Shown here: positions 22,138 to 31,205 of the stretch, piece after piece
Numbering within the stretch: the stretch's first letter is position 1
Layout of the letters: the number at the start of each line of letters is the position of its first letter
Source: an uncultured Dechloromonas sp.
Lineage (GTDB): Bacteria; Pseudomonadota; Gammaproteobacteria; Burkholderiales; Rhodocyclaceae
Assembly: GCA_964525545.1 (NCBI GenBank)
Contig: CAZGHR010000002.1
Coordinates: 1-54,604, forward strand
Length of the DNA stretch: 54,604 bases
Direction of reading: 5' to 3'
The notes under the pieces: generated by a model
What the model was told of the DNA's origin: nothing
Databases searched by the model: none
Seen by the model: the letters and a program-made list of their open reading frames with translations, nothing else
Program-made: the position numbers and the translations under genes

Positions 22138-23451
22138 TTAAAGCATCCCCTGCAGGGCGGGCCAGCTTGCCCGGAGCAACAGGGTAGCCATGATGACCAT
22201 GATGGCGCCACCCAGGCTCGTGGCAATTTCTGCAAAGGGCATTAGGTTTTGTCGTTTGGCGGCTGAGAGAATCGCCATGTTGCCCCCGCCACCAAAACCG
22301 CTGTGGCAGGCACAGATAATCGCTGTATCGATGGGTTGTTGATTTAGCAACCTGCTTACCAGAAAGCCGATGCCTGTCATAGTGAAAACGGTACTAATGC
22401 ATACGGCCAGATAGCCCGGTCTCAGAATGCTGATCAGTACATCCCAGGGAATATACAGAATACTCAGGCCTACCAGAAAAGCCGGTGTCAGTGCCTTAGA
22501 GATGGCTTTGTAAACCTGAAAGGCCCCTGCTTCTATAGGCTCGGGAATGAGTTTAAAGAACTTAAGCACCACGACCAGAATGATCATGACAATGGTGGCC
22601 GGCAGGCTAAAGAAGGGAGAGAGCAGCCTGCCGCACGTGTACATCGCACAGATAATCAACAAGCCTGCTGCCATGAGGTCAATGTTGATCGGTTTGTCTT
22701 CTTCAATATGTGGCGGCGGAGTTGTACCCGCTAATGCATGGCGGCTGCCGTTTAATTCAGGGTAACGTTCTCCTAGGCGGCTGAGGGCGCTGGCAGCCAC
22801 AATTGCAAATAAATTGGCAATCAGTGCGGCAGGAATCATCAGCGAACTGAGTTCTACGCGGGATTTGTCGGTGATTTCAGAATAGGCCAGAGCAAGTGGC
22901 AGAATGCCTTCACCGAGACCGCCGCTCAGAATCGGTGTGACGATAAAAAGAAAGCTATGCCAAGGATTAAGCCCAAACAGCATACCCACCAAGGGCGCCA
23001 CGATACAGGCCCCGATAGATCCGCAGATGAGGGGCAGAAACCGTATTGAAACTCTGTGCACCAGAATATGCCGTTGCATCATACGTCGGTCTATCCCTAG
23101 GATACTGCCGACGACCAGGCTGGCGATGTACAGATAGAGGATATTGTCTTCATCCATCGCACTATTAATGCTGGTAACGGCATCAATCGGAATCAAGTGA
23201 TATCCGAGAAATAATGACGGCACAAGAACACAAAGTAGTGACGATCCGCCCAGACGATTGAGTATGGGTAGGTGGTTGCCAAAGCTGGTCAGTATGTAGC
23301 CGGTGGTCATCAGCGCCGCTAGGCCACCGATGACATCGTTAGACAGCAGATTCCGTTCTGCGGCAAAAAAAAGGGTCGCGACAATGCAGCCGAGCAGCAC
23401 CGCTGGGAACGGCCCGATATACAACAACAATAATCGTTTGATTATCTGCAT
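22138..23451 (-). CDS. 2-hydroxycarboxylate (CitS/CimH/MaeN family) transporter with a divergent binding site
   Basis: GNHLPILNRLGG, LVVGSILGIDR, GGLGEGILPL re-entrant loop, ACHSGFGG..AILSA..R..LMPFA. ATG at 23451 is preferred over the ORF-track start at 23535. Confidence 0.85.
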   Translation of the reverse strand: MQIIKRLLLLYIGPFPAVLLGCIVATLFFAAERNLLSNDVIGGLAALMTTGYILTSFGNHLPILNRLGGSSLLCVLVPSLFLGYHLIPIDAVTSINSAMDEDNILYLYIASLVVGSILGIDRRMMQRHILVHRVSIRFLPLICGSIGACIVAPLVGMLFGLNPWHSFLFIVTPILSGGLGEGILPLALAYSEITDKSRVELSSLMIPAALIANLFAIVAASALSRLGERYPELNGSRHALAGTTPPPHIEEDKPINIDLMAAGLLIICAMYTCGRLLSPFFSLPATIVMIILVVVLKFFKLIPEPIEAGAFQVYKAISKALTPAFLVGLSILYIPWDVLISILRPGYLAVCISTVFTMTGIGFLVSRLLNQQPIDTAIICACHSGFGGGGNMAILSAAKRQNLMPFAEIATSLGGAIMVIMATLLLRASWPALQGML

Positions 23452-23588
23452 AGTTTTGTGGGTTAGCGTTAACTCGGCGATTATAGTTCGAGTAGCCTTT
23501 GGCGCCTGACAATTAGTTCTTATAAAGGCTGGCACAGAGTAGCTTCATGCATGCTGAACTGTGGCTAGTCGGTATAATTCTGGCTGCC

Positions 23589-23663
23589 GTCTCCGTAGTT
23601 AAATGGATATAACTTTCCCCTCCTAAGGGAAGATTAGAGGTTCGATTCCTCTCGGGGACGCCA
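23589..23663 (+). tRNA. tRNA-Arg (anticodon CCT)
   Basis: Acceptor stem GTCTCCG/CGGGGAC, encoded CCA; anticodon arm TTCCC-CTCCTAA-GGGAA; GGTTCGATTCC T-loop; TATAAT at 23573-23578 upstream. Confidence 0.96.
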
Positions 23664-23691
23664 GTTGGCCCACTTAGCGGATCCCTCTTTT

Positions 23692-24237
23692 ATGAAATAT
23701 CTCATCACTCTGGTCGTTATTGGGCTTCTATTCTGGCTATGGCGCTCGCAGGCTAGTGCTAAAGCGGGGGATGGTAGCCTTCCGGCGGTTGGTGCGCCTG
23801 CACCGGGCTTTGATCTAGCAGATACCCGAGGGGTGCGACACAAACTGGCTGATTACCGTGGTCATTGGGTGGTTCTCTATTTTTATCCGAAGGCCGATAC
23901 CCCGGGTTGCACACGTCAGGCATGCAACTTCCGAGATGATTGGCAAAGCTTTCAACAAAAGGGCGTTGTGCTTGTCGGTATTAGTGCGGATAAGCCAGTG
24001 ACAAATGCCGCGTTCTCCCAGAAATTCCATTTGCCGTTTCCGCTGTTGTCGGATGCGGCGGGTGATTTTGCCCGTCAATACGGTGCCTGGATGAATCTCG
24101 GCATTACTGGGTTTCCGCGTCGGTACACCTATCTGATTGATCCGGATGGCCGTATTGCCAAGGTTTATACCGATGTGTCGGTCTCTAGGCATAGCGCCGA
24201 AGTGCTGGCCGATCTCAAACGATTGACGGGGTATTGA
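23692..24237 (+). CDS. bcp: Peroxiredoxin Q / BCP with an N-terminal hydrophobic anchor
   Basis: VVLYFYPKADTPGCTRQAC (PxxxTxxC with a resolving Cys), GISAD, FPLLSD, RYTYLID. Confidence 0.88.
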   Translation: MKYLITLVVIGLLFWLWRSQASAKAGDGSLPAVGAPAPGFDLADTRGVRHKLADYRGHWVVLYFYPKADTPGCTRQACNFRDDWQSFQQKGVVLVGISADKPVTNAAFSQKFHLPFPLLSDAAGDFARQYGAWMNLGITGFPRRYTYLIDPDGRIAKVYTDVSVSRHSAEVLADLKRLTGY

Positions 24238-24238
24238 T

Positions 24239-26158
24239 ATGCCCTTGCTGTCAGTTAATGCAGGTTGCTTGGCCTATGGCGATGTGCCGTTGTTAGATCA
24301 TGTGGAGTTTCAGATCGATGCGGGTGAGCGCGTAGCGCTCATTGGCCGTAACGGCACGGGTAAATCATCTTTGCTGGCAGCGATCGCCGGTTTGCGGGCG
24401 CTGGATGATGGCCAGGTGTGGAAAGCACCGGATTTGCGTATTACCTATGTGGCACAGGAGCCAGAATTTGAACCTGGTGCATCTGTTTTCGATGCAGTCG
24501 TTGGGGGTTTGGGTGAGCAGTCGCGCTTGTTGGCGGGTTATCACGATCTGTCTCATCGGTTGGCCGAAATGCCGGAAGCTGAGCGCGCTGCAGCCCTCGA
24601 CGAGTTGGCCCGATTGCAGCATGAGCTGGAAGTTACCGATGCCTGGCAACAGAACGCGCTGGCAGAACGTGTCATCGCAGAGTTTCATCTGAATCCGGAT
24701 GCCCGTATTGATGATTTGTCGGGCGGGCAGAAGAAACGTGTGGCGTTAGCGCGCGGTTTGGTCTGCGAGCCCGATGTGCTGTTGCTCGATGAGCCGACTA
24801 ACCATCTGGATATTGCTGCCATTGATTGGCTCGAGAATCTGTTGCTGGCGCGTAACGTGGCTTTGTTGTTTATTACCCACGACCGGCGTTTCCTGGACCG
24901 TTTGGCGACGCGCATTGTTGAATTAGACCGTGGGCTATTGAGTAGCTATCCCGGCTCTTTTAGCAAATACCAGGAACGTAAAGCCCAGCGTCTGCACGAA
25001 GAATCCTTGGAACAGGCGCGTGCCGATAAGTTACTGGCGCAGGAAGAAATCTGGATCCGTAAGGGCGTTGAAGCGCGTCGTACACGTGCCGTATTCCGTG
25101 TGCAGCGGCTTGATCAGTTACGTGCGGAACGTGCTGCCCGACGCAATCAGCAGGGGCAGGTGGCAATGCGTGTGGATTCGGGGGATACGTCAGGCGCCCT
25201 GGTGGCAGATCTGATCAATGTATCTAAGTCGTACGAAGGCCGTAAGATCATTGATAACTTTAGTGGTCGCATTATGCGGGGTGATCGTGTGGGTTTGATC
25301 GGCCCTAATGGCGCCGGTAAGACCACGATGCTGCGCCTGATTCTGGGTGAAATCGAACCGGATAGCGGCACTGTTAAGCGCGGCACCAAGCAGCAGGTCG
25401 CTTACTTCGATCAGTTCCGTACGGCCTTAGATCCTGAAGCACCATTGCATGAAGTCATTTCTCCGGGCTCGGATTACGTGGAAGTAGCGGGTAAACGTAC
25501 ACATGTGATGACGTATCTGGGCGACTTTCTTTTCTCGCCACAGCGTGCACGTTCCCCGGTTAAGTCACTCTCCGGCGGCGAGCGGAACCGTCTCCTGCTG
25601 GCACGTCTCTTTGCCCGCCCGGCTAATATTCTTGTGCTGGATGAGCCCACCAACGATCTGGATATCGATACGCTCGAGTTGCTTGAAAGTCTTTTACAGG
25701 ATTATCAAGGCACCTTGCTATTGGTCAGTCATGACCGTAGCTTCCTCGACAATGTGGTTACGCAGGTGATTGCGGCCGAGGGGGATGGTCAGTGGCGTGA
25801 GTTTGTCGGTGGTTATAGTGACTGGGCAGCCTGGCATGCGGGCCAAACCAGAACCACCGAAAAATCTGTCGCTGCGAAATTGCCCGCGAAACCTACAGAC
25901 ACACCGGCTGCGACCGGTAGTCGCACTGCCAAGTTAAGCTATAAAGAACAGCAGGCGCTCAATGCGTTGCCTGGGAAAATCGAAGCCCTCGAAACAGAGC
26001 AAGCCGCATTACTTGAAAAGTTGAACGACCCGACAATCTTTGCAACGGATCCATCCGCTGGTCAGACCATAGCCAGCCGATTGGCAGCGATCGAAGAAGA
26101 GTTGTTGGTCTTGCTTGAAAGCTGGGAAGCGCTGGAAGCTAAAACCGCCAAATCCTGA
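24239..26158 (+). CDS. uup: ABC-F family ATPase Uup
   Basis: Two ABC cassettes (GRNGTGKS/LSGGQ/LLLDEPTNHLD and GPNGAGKT/LSGGE/LDEPTNDLD), EEIWIRKGVEARRTR linker, C-terminal KLSYKEQ coiled coil. Confidence 0.92.
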   Translation: MPLLSVNAGCLAYGDVPLLDHVEFQIDAGERVALIGRNGTGKSSLLAAIAGLRALDDGQVWKAPDLRITYVAQEPEFEPGASVFDAVVGGLGEQSRLLAGYHDLSHRLAEMPEAERAAALDELARLQHELEVTDAWQQNALAERVIAEFHLNPDARIDDLSGGQKKRVALARGLVCEPDVLLLDEPTNHLDIAAIDWLENLLLARNVALLFITHDRRFLDRLATRIVELDRGLLSSYPGSFSKYQERKAQRLHEESLEQARADKLLAQEEIWIRKGVEARRTRAVFRVQRLDQLRAERAARRNQQGQVAMRVDSGDTSGALVADLINVSKSYEGRKIIDNFSGRIMRGDRVGLIGPNGAGKTTMLRLILGEIEPDSGTVKRGTKQQVAYFDQFRTALDPEAPLHEVISPGSDYVEVAGKRTHVMTYLGDFLFSPQRARSPVKSLSGGERNRLLLARLFARPANILVLDEPTNDLDIDTLELLESLLQDYQGTLLLVSHDRSFLDNVVTQVIAAEGDGQWREFVGGYSDWAAWHAGQTRTTEKSVAAKLPAKPTDTPAATGSRTAKLSYKEQQALNALPGKIEALETEQAALLEKLNDPTIFATDPSAGQTIASRLAAIEEELLVLLESWEALEAKTAKS

Positions 26159-26171
26159 TTGCGTTTAATGG

Positions 26172-27023
26172 TCAGGGAATCTGCCAGTCCAGAGTGAAAT
26201 GACCATTGCCGCTTTCACCAAGTGTTTCGGCGAGCCAGGGCAGTGTGGCTTCTAGTGTCTGTGGCAAGGTCCACGGCGGGTTAACCACAAACAAGCCACT
26301 GCCCGTCATGCCCAAGCCATCGCTCGCGGGGGGCTGGGTTGATAGGGTGACATGGAGCCAGCTCGGTAGCCCCAGTTTGACCAAACGGTCTGGTAGTTCG
26401 ACGGCTTCGCGACGGGCGAGTATGGGATACCAGAGCACATAGGTCCCCGTTGCAAAACGTTGAACAGCATCGCGTAGGCCGGCAACGACTTTGCCGTAGT
26501 CGGCTTTGTCTTCGTAGGAAGGGTCAATGAGCACTGCAGCCCGACGCTGCGGTGGCGGCATTAGGGCTTTGAGGCCGGCAAGGCCATCCGCCACATTGAT
26601 CTGCGTGCGCTTTTGCACAAAGCGTAAGGCTTGTGCCAGTAGCGGTGCATCGGTACTGTGCCGCTCGAAGAAACGCAGTACGTCGGCGTGGCGTGTGCAG
26701 TAGCCCGAGATCCATGGAGAACCCGGATAGTGCTTCAATGCCGGGCTTGCGTTCGCAGCCTTAACCACTTGACGATATCGCAACACCGATTCGGGTAAGT
26801 CCGCATCAGCTTGTTCCCATAATTTGCCGATGCCCGTAGACCATTCACCGGTTTTACGTGCCATGTCGCTTTCTACCAGATACATCCCTGCACCCGCATG
26901 CGTATCGAGCACCATGAAGGGTTTATCTTTCTGGGTGAAGTAATCGAGAACTTGAATCCAGACGAGGTGTTTGAGTACATCCGCCGGGTTGCCGGCGTGA
27001 AATGCGTGACGATAGCTAAGCAT
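26172..27023 (-). CDS. rlmJ: 23S rRNA (adenine2030-N6) methyltransferase
   Basis: MLSYRHAFHAGNPADVLKH, DTHAGAG, YPGSP, LIDPSYE. Confidence 0.96.
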   Translation of the reverse strand: MLSYRHAFHAGNPADVLKHLVWIQVLDYFTQKDKPFMVLDTHAGAGMYLVESDMARKTGEWSTGIGKLWEQADADLPESVLRYRQVVKAANASPALKHYPGSPWISGYCTRHADVLRFFERHSTDAPLLAQALRFVQKRTQINVADGLAGLKALMPPPQRRAAVLIDPSYEDKADYGKVVAGLRDAVQRFATGTYVLWYPILARREAVELPDRLVKLGLPSWLHVTLSTQPPASDGLGMTGSGLFVVNPPWTLPQTLEATLPWLAETLGESGNGHFTLDWQIP

Positions 27024-27035
27024 GAGAGTCTTTAA

Positions 27036-28505
27036 TTAGAGTAGAGGCGCCATAAGCTGGGCAGCGTTTTCTTTGAGGCGCTCTCGTAACGGACGATCGG
27101 CCCAGGCAACAGGATCGATCGGGATAGAGCGGGCGAGGTATTTATCCTGCAATGCACGCACCTGCTCGCTAAAACCGGCATCGTAGATCATCAGGGTGAT
27201 TTCGTAGTTCAGACGCAGGCTGCGCATATCCAGATTCACCGATCCGAAGATAGTGAATTCACGGTCAACCACCATGCTCTTGGTGTGAAGCAGGCCACCG
27301 GTGAACTGCTGAATCTTAACGCCCACCGAAAGCAGGTCGTCCATGTAACTTCGACTGGCGTAGCGTACCAGTTTGGAGTCGACACGTTGCGGCACAATCA
27401 GCGTGACATCAACGCCACGACAGGCAGCTGTCTGTAATGCCTGGAACAGCGCTTCATCCGGCACAAAGTAAGGGGTGGTCAAAACCACTTCTTTGCGCGC
27501 ATCGAGCACGGCGCTTAATAACATATGCGACATGTTGCCACTTTTGTAGCTCGGGCCAGTCGGTACAACCTGTAGCCTTAGATCGCCAGCGGCTTCTGGT
27601 ATCGGTGTTGCCCGCATGTGTTCCAGAAACTGGCTAAATCCTGCGATGTTGCCGCTTTCGATGGCCCAATCACCTTCGAATACCGTGGTTAGCGCAAGCG
27701 CAGCAGGGCCGACAACACGCGTCATGGCATCGACCCATTCCCCAACGCCGGCATCCTGTTTGAAGAATGCCGGATCCACGAGGTTCAGGCTGCCTGTCCA
27801 GGCGATATGCTGGTCGATGGCCACGATCTTGCGATGCAACCGCAAATCGGCGCGTCCAAACTGAAGCTTTAGTGGATGAATGGCACAGGCCTTTACCAGT
27901 TTGATGCCACCTGCCTGCAGGCGTTTTGGCCAATCACTCTTCCAGAAGCCACTGCTGCCAAGTTCATCGAGTAAAACACGGCAAGCAACACCCCGGTTAG
28001 CAGCACGAATGAGCGCCTCACCGACTAGATCAGCAGTGCCACCGGGGTTCCAGATATAAAACTCCAGATCACAGCGTGTACGGGCAGCATCGATGTCGGT
28101 AATCATGCCGTGCAAGATGGTTTGTGCATCCGAGTAAAGCGCTAGGGCATTGCCCGGAACCGGGGGCATGCCCCCATGGTTTTCTGCCAGCACAGCCATC
28201 GCTCGAAACTTGTTGTCGATATGCTGGGTCGTTTCAGAAAACCGGGCATCAAATAGGTCGGTCATCTGAAAGTAGGCTGGTGCAATTTCTTCAATGCGAC
28301 GACGACGTTCACGGCCGATAGGACGTTCGCCCACTAATAGGTAAGCGCTAATGCCTACAACCGGCATGATCGTTACGATCAGAATCCATGCCATGGCGAC
28401 ACCCGGTGGTCGGCGCACCCAGATAATGCGTAAAGCAAAAAGCAATACGATCAGCGGATGAATGAGATAAATCCAGGTGGAATCAGTGGCAAAAGCCCAA
28501 ACCAT
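27036..28505 (-). CDS. cls: Cardiolipin synthase
   Basis: Two N-terminal TM helices and two HKD motifs (HRKIVAID, HTKSMVVD); GSVNLDMRS. Start is uncertain (28505, or TTG at 28544). Confidence 0.93.
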   Translation of the reverse strand: MVWAFATDSTWIYLIHPLIVLLFALRIIWVRRPPGVAMAWILIVTIMPVVGISAYLLVGERPIGRERRRRIEEIAPAYFQMTDLFDARFSETTQHIDNKFRAMAVLAENHGGMPPVPGNALALYSDAQTILHGMITDIDAARTRCDLEFYIWNPGGTADLVGEALIRAANRGVACRVLLDELGSSGFWKSDWPKRLQAGGIKLVKACAIHPLKLQFGRADLRLHRKIVAIDQHIAWTGSLNLVDPAFFKQDAGVGEWVDAMTRVVGPAALALTTVFEGDWAIESGNIAGFSQFLEHMRATPIPEAAGDLRLQVVPTGPSYKSGNMSHMLLSAVLDARKEVVLTTPYFVPDEALFQALQTAACRGVDVTLIVPQRVDSKLVRYASRSYMDDLLSVGVKIQQFTGGLLHTKSMVVDREFTIFGSVNLDMRSLRLNYEITLMIYDAGFSEQVRALQDKYLARSIPIDPVAWADRPLRERLKENAAQLMAPLL

Positions 28506-28704
28506 GTCGATATCTAGGAAAGTGGGGTTGGAAAGGCTCAGCAAAATGCCGATATCCTTGTGTTGTCGGGAGTTTACCCTGTTCTCCCGACTTGCATCCG
28601 GAAGCCGCCTCCATTAGCATCATGGCTTCAATAAACGTAAAGTGTCCATGCAATTACCGGGGTTTTACCGGCGATAGTCGACATCGGTTGTAAAGGGTTT
28701 AAGA

Positions 28705-30672
28705 ATGATTCCTGAACTAGGCCAGCTCGCCTTGTCGCTGTCGCTTTTTGTCGCCTTGTCGTTATCGATTCTAGGTCTGGCCGGCCCGCAATTAGCTGTG
28801 CCGTCCTGGGTGCGTCTTGCCAAACCTTTAGCGCTCATCCTGTTTAGCCTGCTGGCGGCATCTTTCTTTTGCCTGACCTGGAGTTTTGTTACCAACGACT
28901 TTTCGGTAGCCTATGTGGCGGGGCACTCTAACTCGAAGCTGCCGTTACAGTACCGATTTGGTGCGGTTTGGGGCGGTCACGAAGGTTCCTTATTGCTGTG
29001 GGTATTCATGCTCACCGCCTGGACAGGCGCCGTGGCCATGTTCTCGCGGACGTTGCCTGCCGATATGGTCAGCCGTGTGCTGGGTGTGCTTGGTCTGGTG
29101 AGTTTTGGCTTTATTCTCTTTATTCTGTTCACCTCTAACCCGTTTACACGGCTGTTACCGGCCGTGATGGAGGGTCGTGACCTCAATCCGTTGTTACAGG
29201 ATCCGGGGCTCGTCTACCATCCACCCATGCTCTATATGGGCTATGTGGGTTTTTCGGTCGCCTTTGCTTTTGCAATCGCAGCATTGCTGGCAGGTCGTTT
29301 AGATACCACCTGGGCACGCTGGTCACGTCCATGGACACTGGCTGCCTGGATCTTTCTGACTATCGGTATTGCATTGGGTTCAAACTGGGCCTATTACGAA
29401 TTAGGTTGGGGCGGCTGGTGGTTCTGGGATCCGGTAGAAAACGCCTCGTTTATGCCCTGGCTGGTGGGCACGGCGTTGATTCACTCGCTGGCCGTTTCTG
29501 AAAAGCGTGGCAGCTTCAAGAACTGGACCGTGCTCTTGGCGATTGGTGCGTTTTCGCTTTCGCTGCTTGGCACCTTTATCGTTCGTTCGGGCGTATTAAC
29601 TTCCGTGCATGCGTTTGCTGCTGACCCAGCACGCGGTATTTTCATCCTTGTTTTCCTGGCTATTGTAGTGGGTGGTTCTCTGGCTCTGTTTGCCTGGCGG
29701 GCACCCACAGTTGGTCGTGGTGGTGCCTTCGCGCTGGTTTCTAAGGAAACACTACTGCTTATTAATAATGTGCTGCTGCTGGCGGGTATGGGTGCTGTTC
29801 TGTTGGGTACGGTGTATCCCATGGTCATCGACGCTCTGAATCTGGGCAAACTCTCGGTCGGTCCGCCGTACTTTAATGCGGTGTTTGTACCGATTATGCT
29901 GCCGCTGCTTTTACTTCTGCCTTTGGGCCCGGTAGCCCGCTGGAAGCAGGATCAGCTCATGCCCTTGCTTAAAAGCCTGCGTGTTGAAGCGGTGCTGGCA
30001 ATCATTGCTGCCATCGTCTTGCCGCTACTCATGGGTAGTTGGCGACCTATGGTGGCAGTGGGGGCCGGGCTGGCTGTTTGGGTTATGGCGGGCGTGGTGC
30101 GACAGGTGTTTGTGCGCGTTAAAACCAGTTGGCCACCGCGTGCCTTCTGGGGCATGCAATCTGCGCATCTAGGTTTGGCTGTGTTTGTAGTTGGTGTCAC
30201 CTTCGTCAGTAGCTATCAGGTGGAGCGTGATGTCAGCATGGCACCGGGTGATACGGTTTCTATTCATAATATTCAGTTGACCCTTAAAGGCGTGACGCCA
30301 GTTCAGGGCCCCAATTATGAAGGCGCTCGGGGTGAAGTGATTTATGGCCCGCAGGATCAACCCGGAAAAACGACGGGTACGCTTTATACCGAAAAGCGTA
30401 CGTACTTCTCTTCCACTATGCCGATGACGGAAGTGGGTATCGACAGCAGCATTACGCGAGATCTTTACGTCTCGATGGGGGAGCCTACCGGTAATAATGC
30501 CTGGGCTGTTCGGGTTTATTACAAACCATTTGTGAGCTGGATCTGGGCAGGTTGTGCCCTGATGGCACTGGGCGGCATGCTTGCCGCATCGGATCGCCGC
30601 TACCGTGTACGTAAATCGACTGACGCTGATGAAGATAGCAGCGACATTCATGAAGAGAAAGTAGCATCCTGA
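28705..30672 (+). CDS. ccmF: Cytochrome c synthetase / heme lyase CcmF
   Basis: WGGHEGSLL, HPPMLYMGY, WAYYELGWGGWWFWDPVENASFMPW (WWD domain), SVHAFA. Confidence 0.97.
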   Translation: MIPELGQLALSLSLFVALSLSILGLAGPQLAVPSWVRLAKPLALILFSLLAASFFCLTWSFVTNDFSVAYVAGHSNSKLPLQYRFGAVWGGHEGSLLLWVFMLTAWTGAVAMFSRTLPADMVSRVLGVLGLVSFGFILFILFTSNPFTRLLPAVMEGRDLNPLLQDPGLVYHPPMLYMGYVGFSVAFAFAIAALLAGRLDTTWARWSRPWTLAAWIFLTIGIALGSNWAYYELGWGGWWFWDPVENASFMPWLVGTALIHSLAVSEKRGSFKNWTVLLAIGAFSLSLLGTFIVRSGVLTSVHAFAADPARGIFILVFLAIVVGGSLALFAWRAPTVGRGGAFALVSKETLLLINNVLLLAGMGAVLLGTVYPMVIDALNLGKLSVGPPYFNAVFVPIMLPLLLLLPLGPVARWKQDQLMPLLKSLRVEAVLAIIAAIVLPLLMGSWRPMVAVGAGLAVWVMAGVVRQVFVRVKTSWPPRAFWGMQSAHLGLAVFVVGVTFVSSYQVERDVSMAPGDTVSIHNIQLTLKGVTPVQGPNYEGARGEVIYGPQDQPGKTTGTLYTEKRTYFSSTMPMTEVGIDSSITRDLYVSMGEPTGNNAWAVRVYYKPFVSWIWAGCALMALGGMLAASDRRYRVRKSTDADEDSSDIHEEKVAS

Positions 30673-31205
30673 TGAAACGTTTCTGGTGGTTCCTCCTTCC
30701 TCTGCTGGCTTTCGCGGTTCTGGTATTTTTTCTAGGCAAAGGGCTGACTAAAGACCCGCGCTACGTGCCATCGCCGCTGGTGGGTAAACCGGCACCCACG
30801 TTTGATCTGCCTCAGCTGCAGGATCCTAAACAGACCTTTGCACCGGAAGATCTCAAAGGGCGCGTCTGGTTGCTAAATGTCTGGGCCTCGTGGTGTGTGT
30901 CCTGCCGGGAAGAGCATCCGGTGCTGGTTGAATTTGCGCGCACTCACCCTGATGTACCGCTTATCGGCCTGGATTACAAAGATCAACGGCCGGATGCTCT
31001 GGCCTGGCTTAAAAAGCATGGCAATCCCTATGTGCTCTCGGCCTTTGATGCTGACGGCCGTGTCGGGATTGATTATGGTGTTTATGGCGTTCCGGAAACC
31101 TATGTCATTGATCAGGCCGGCGTGATCCGATACAAGCATGTGGGGCCGGTGACGCCGGAAGTGGTGCAGACGCTGATTGATCCAATGCTCAAAGGACTCA
31201 AATAA
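30672..31205 (+). CDS. ccmG: Thiol:disulfide interchange protein CcmG/DsbE
   Basis: N-terminal TM, NVWASWCVSCREEHP, GVYGVPETY. Confidence 0.95.
   Translation: MKRFWWFLLPLLAFAVLVFFLGKGLTKDPRYVPSPLVGKPAPTFDLPQLQDPKQTFAPEDLKGRVWLLNVWASWCVSCREEHPVLVEFARTHPDVPLIGLDYKDQRPDALAWLKKHGNPYVLSAFDADGRVGIDYGVYGVPETYVIDQAGVIRYKHVGPVTPEVVQTLIDPMLKGLK

Noticed and set aside
21978..22235. 85-aa ORF as a precursor peptide for the ligase cluster
   Set aside because: It overlaps the transporter 3' end out of frame and covers the promoter and enhancer motifs; no RBS or precursor-like composition.
23530..23545. TGGCACAGAGTAGC as a sigma54 promoter for tRNA-Arg
   Set aside because: Spacing is GG-N9-GC rather than N10, and a good sigma70 TATAAT lies just upstream of the tRNA.
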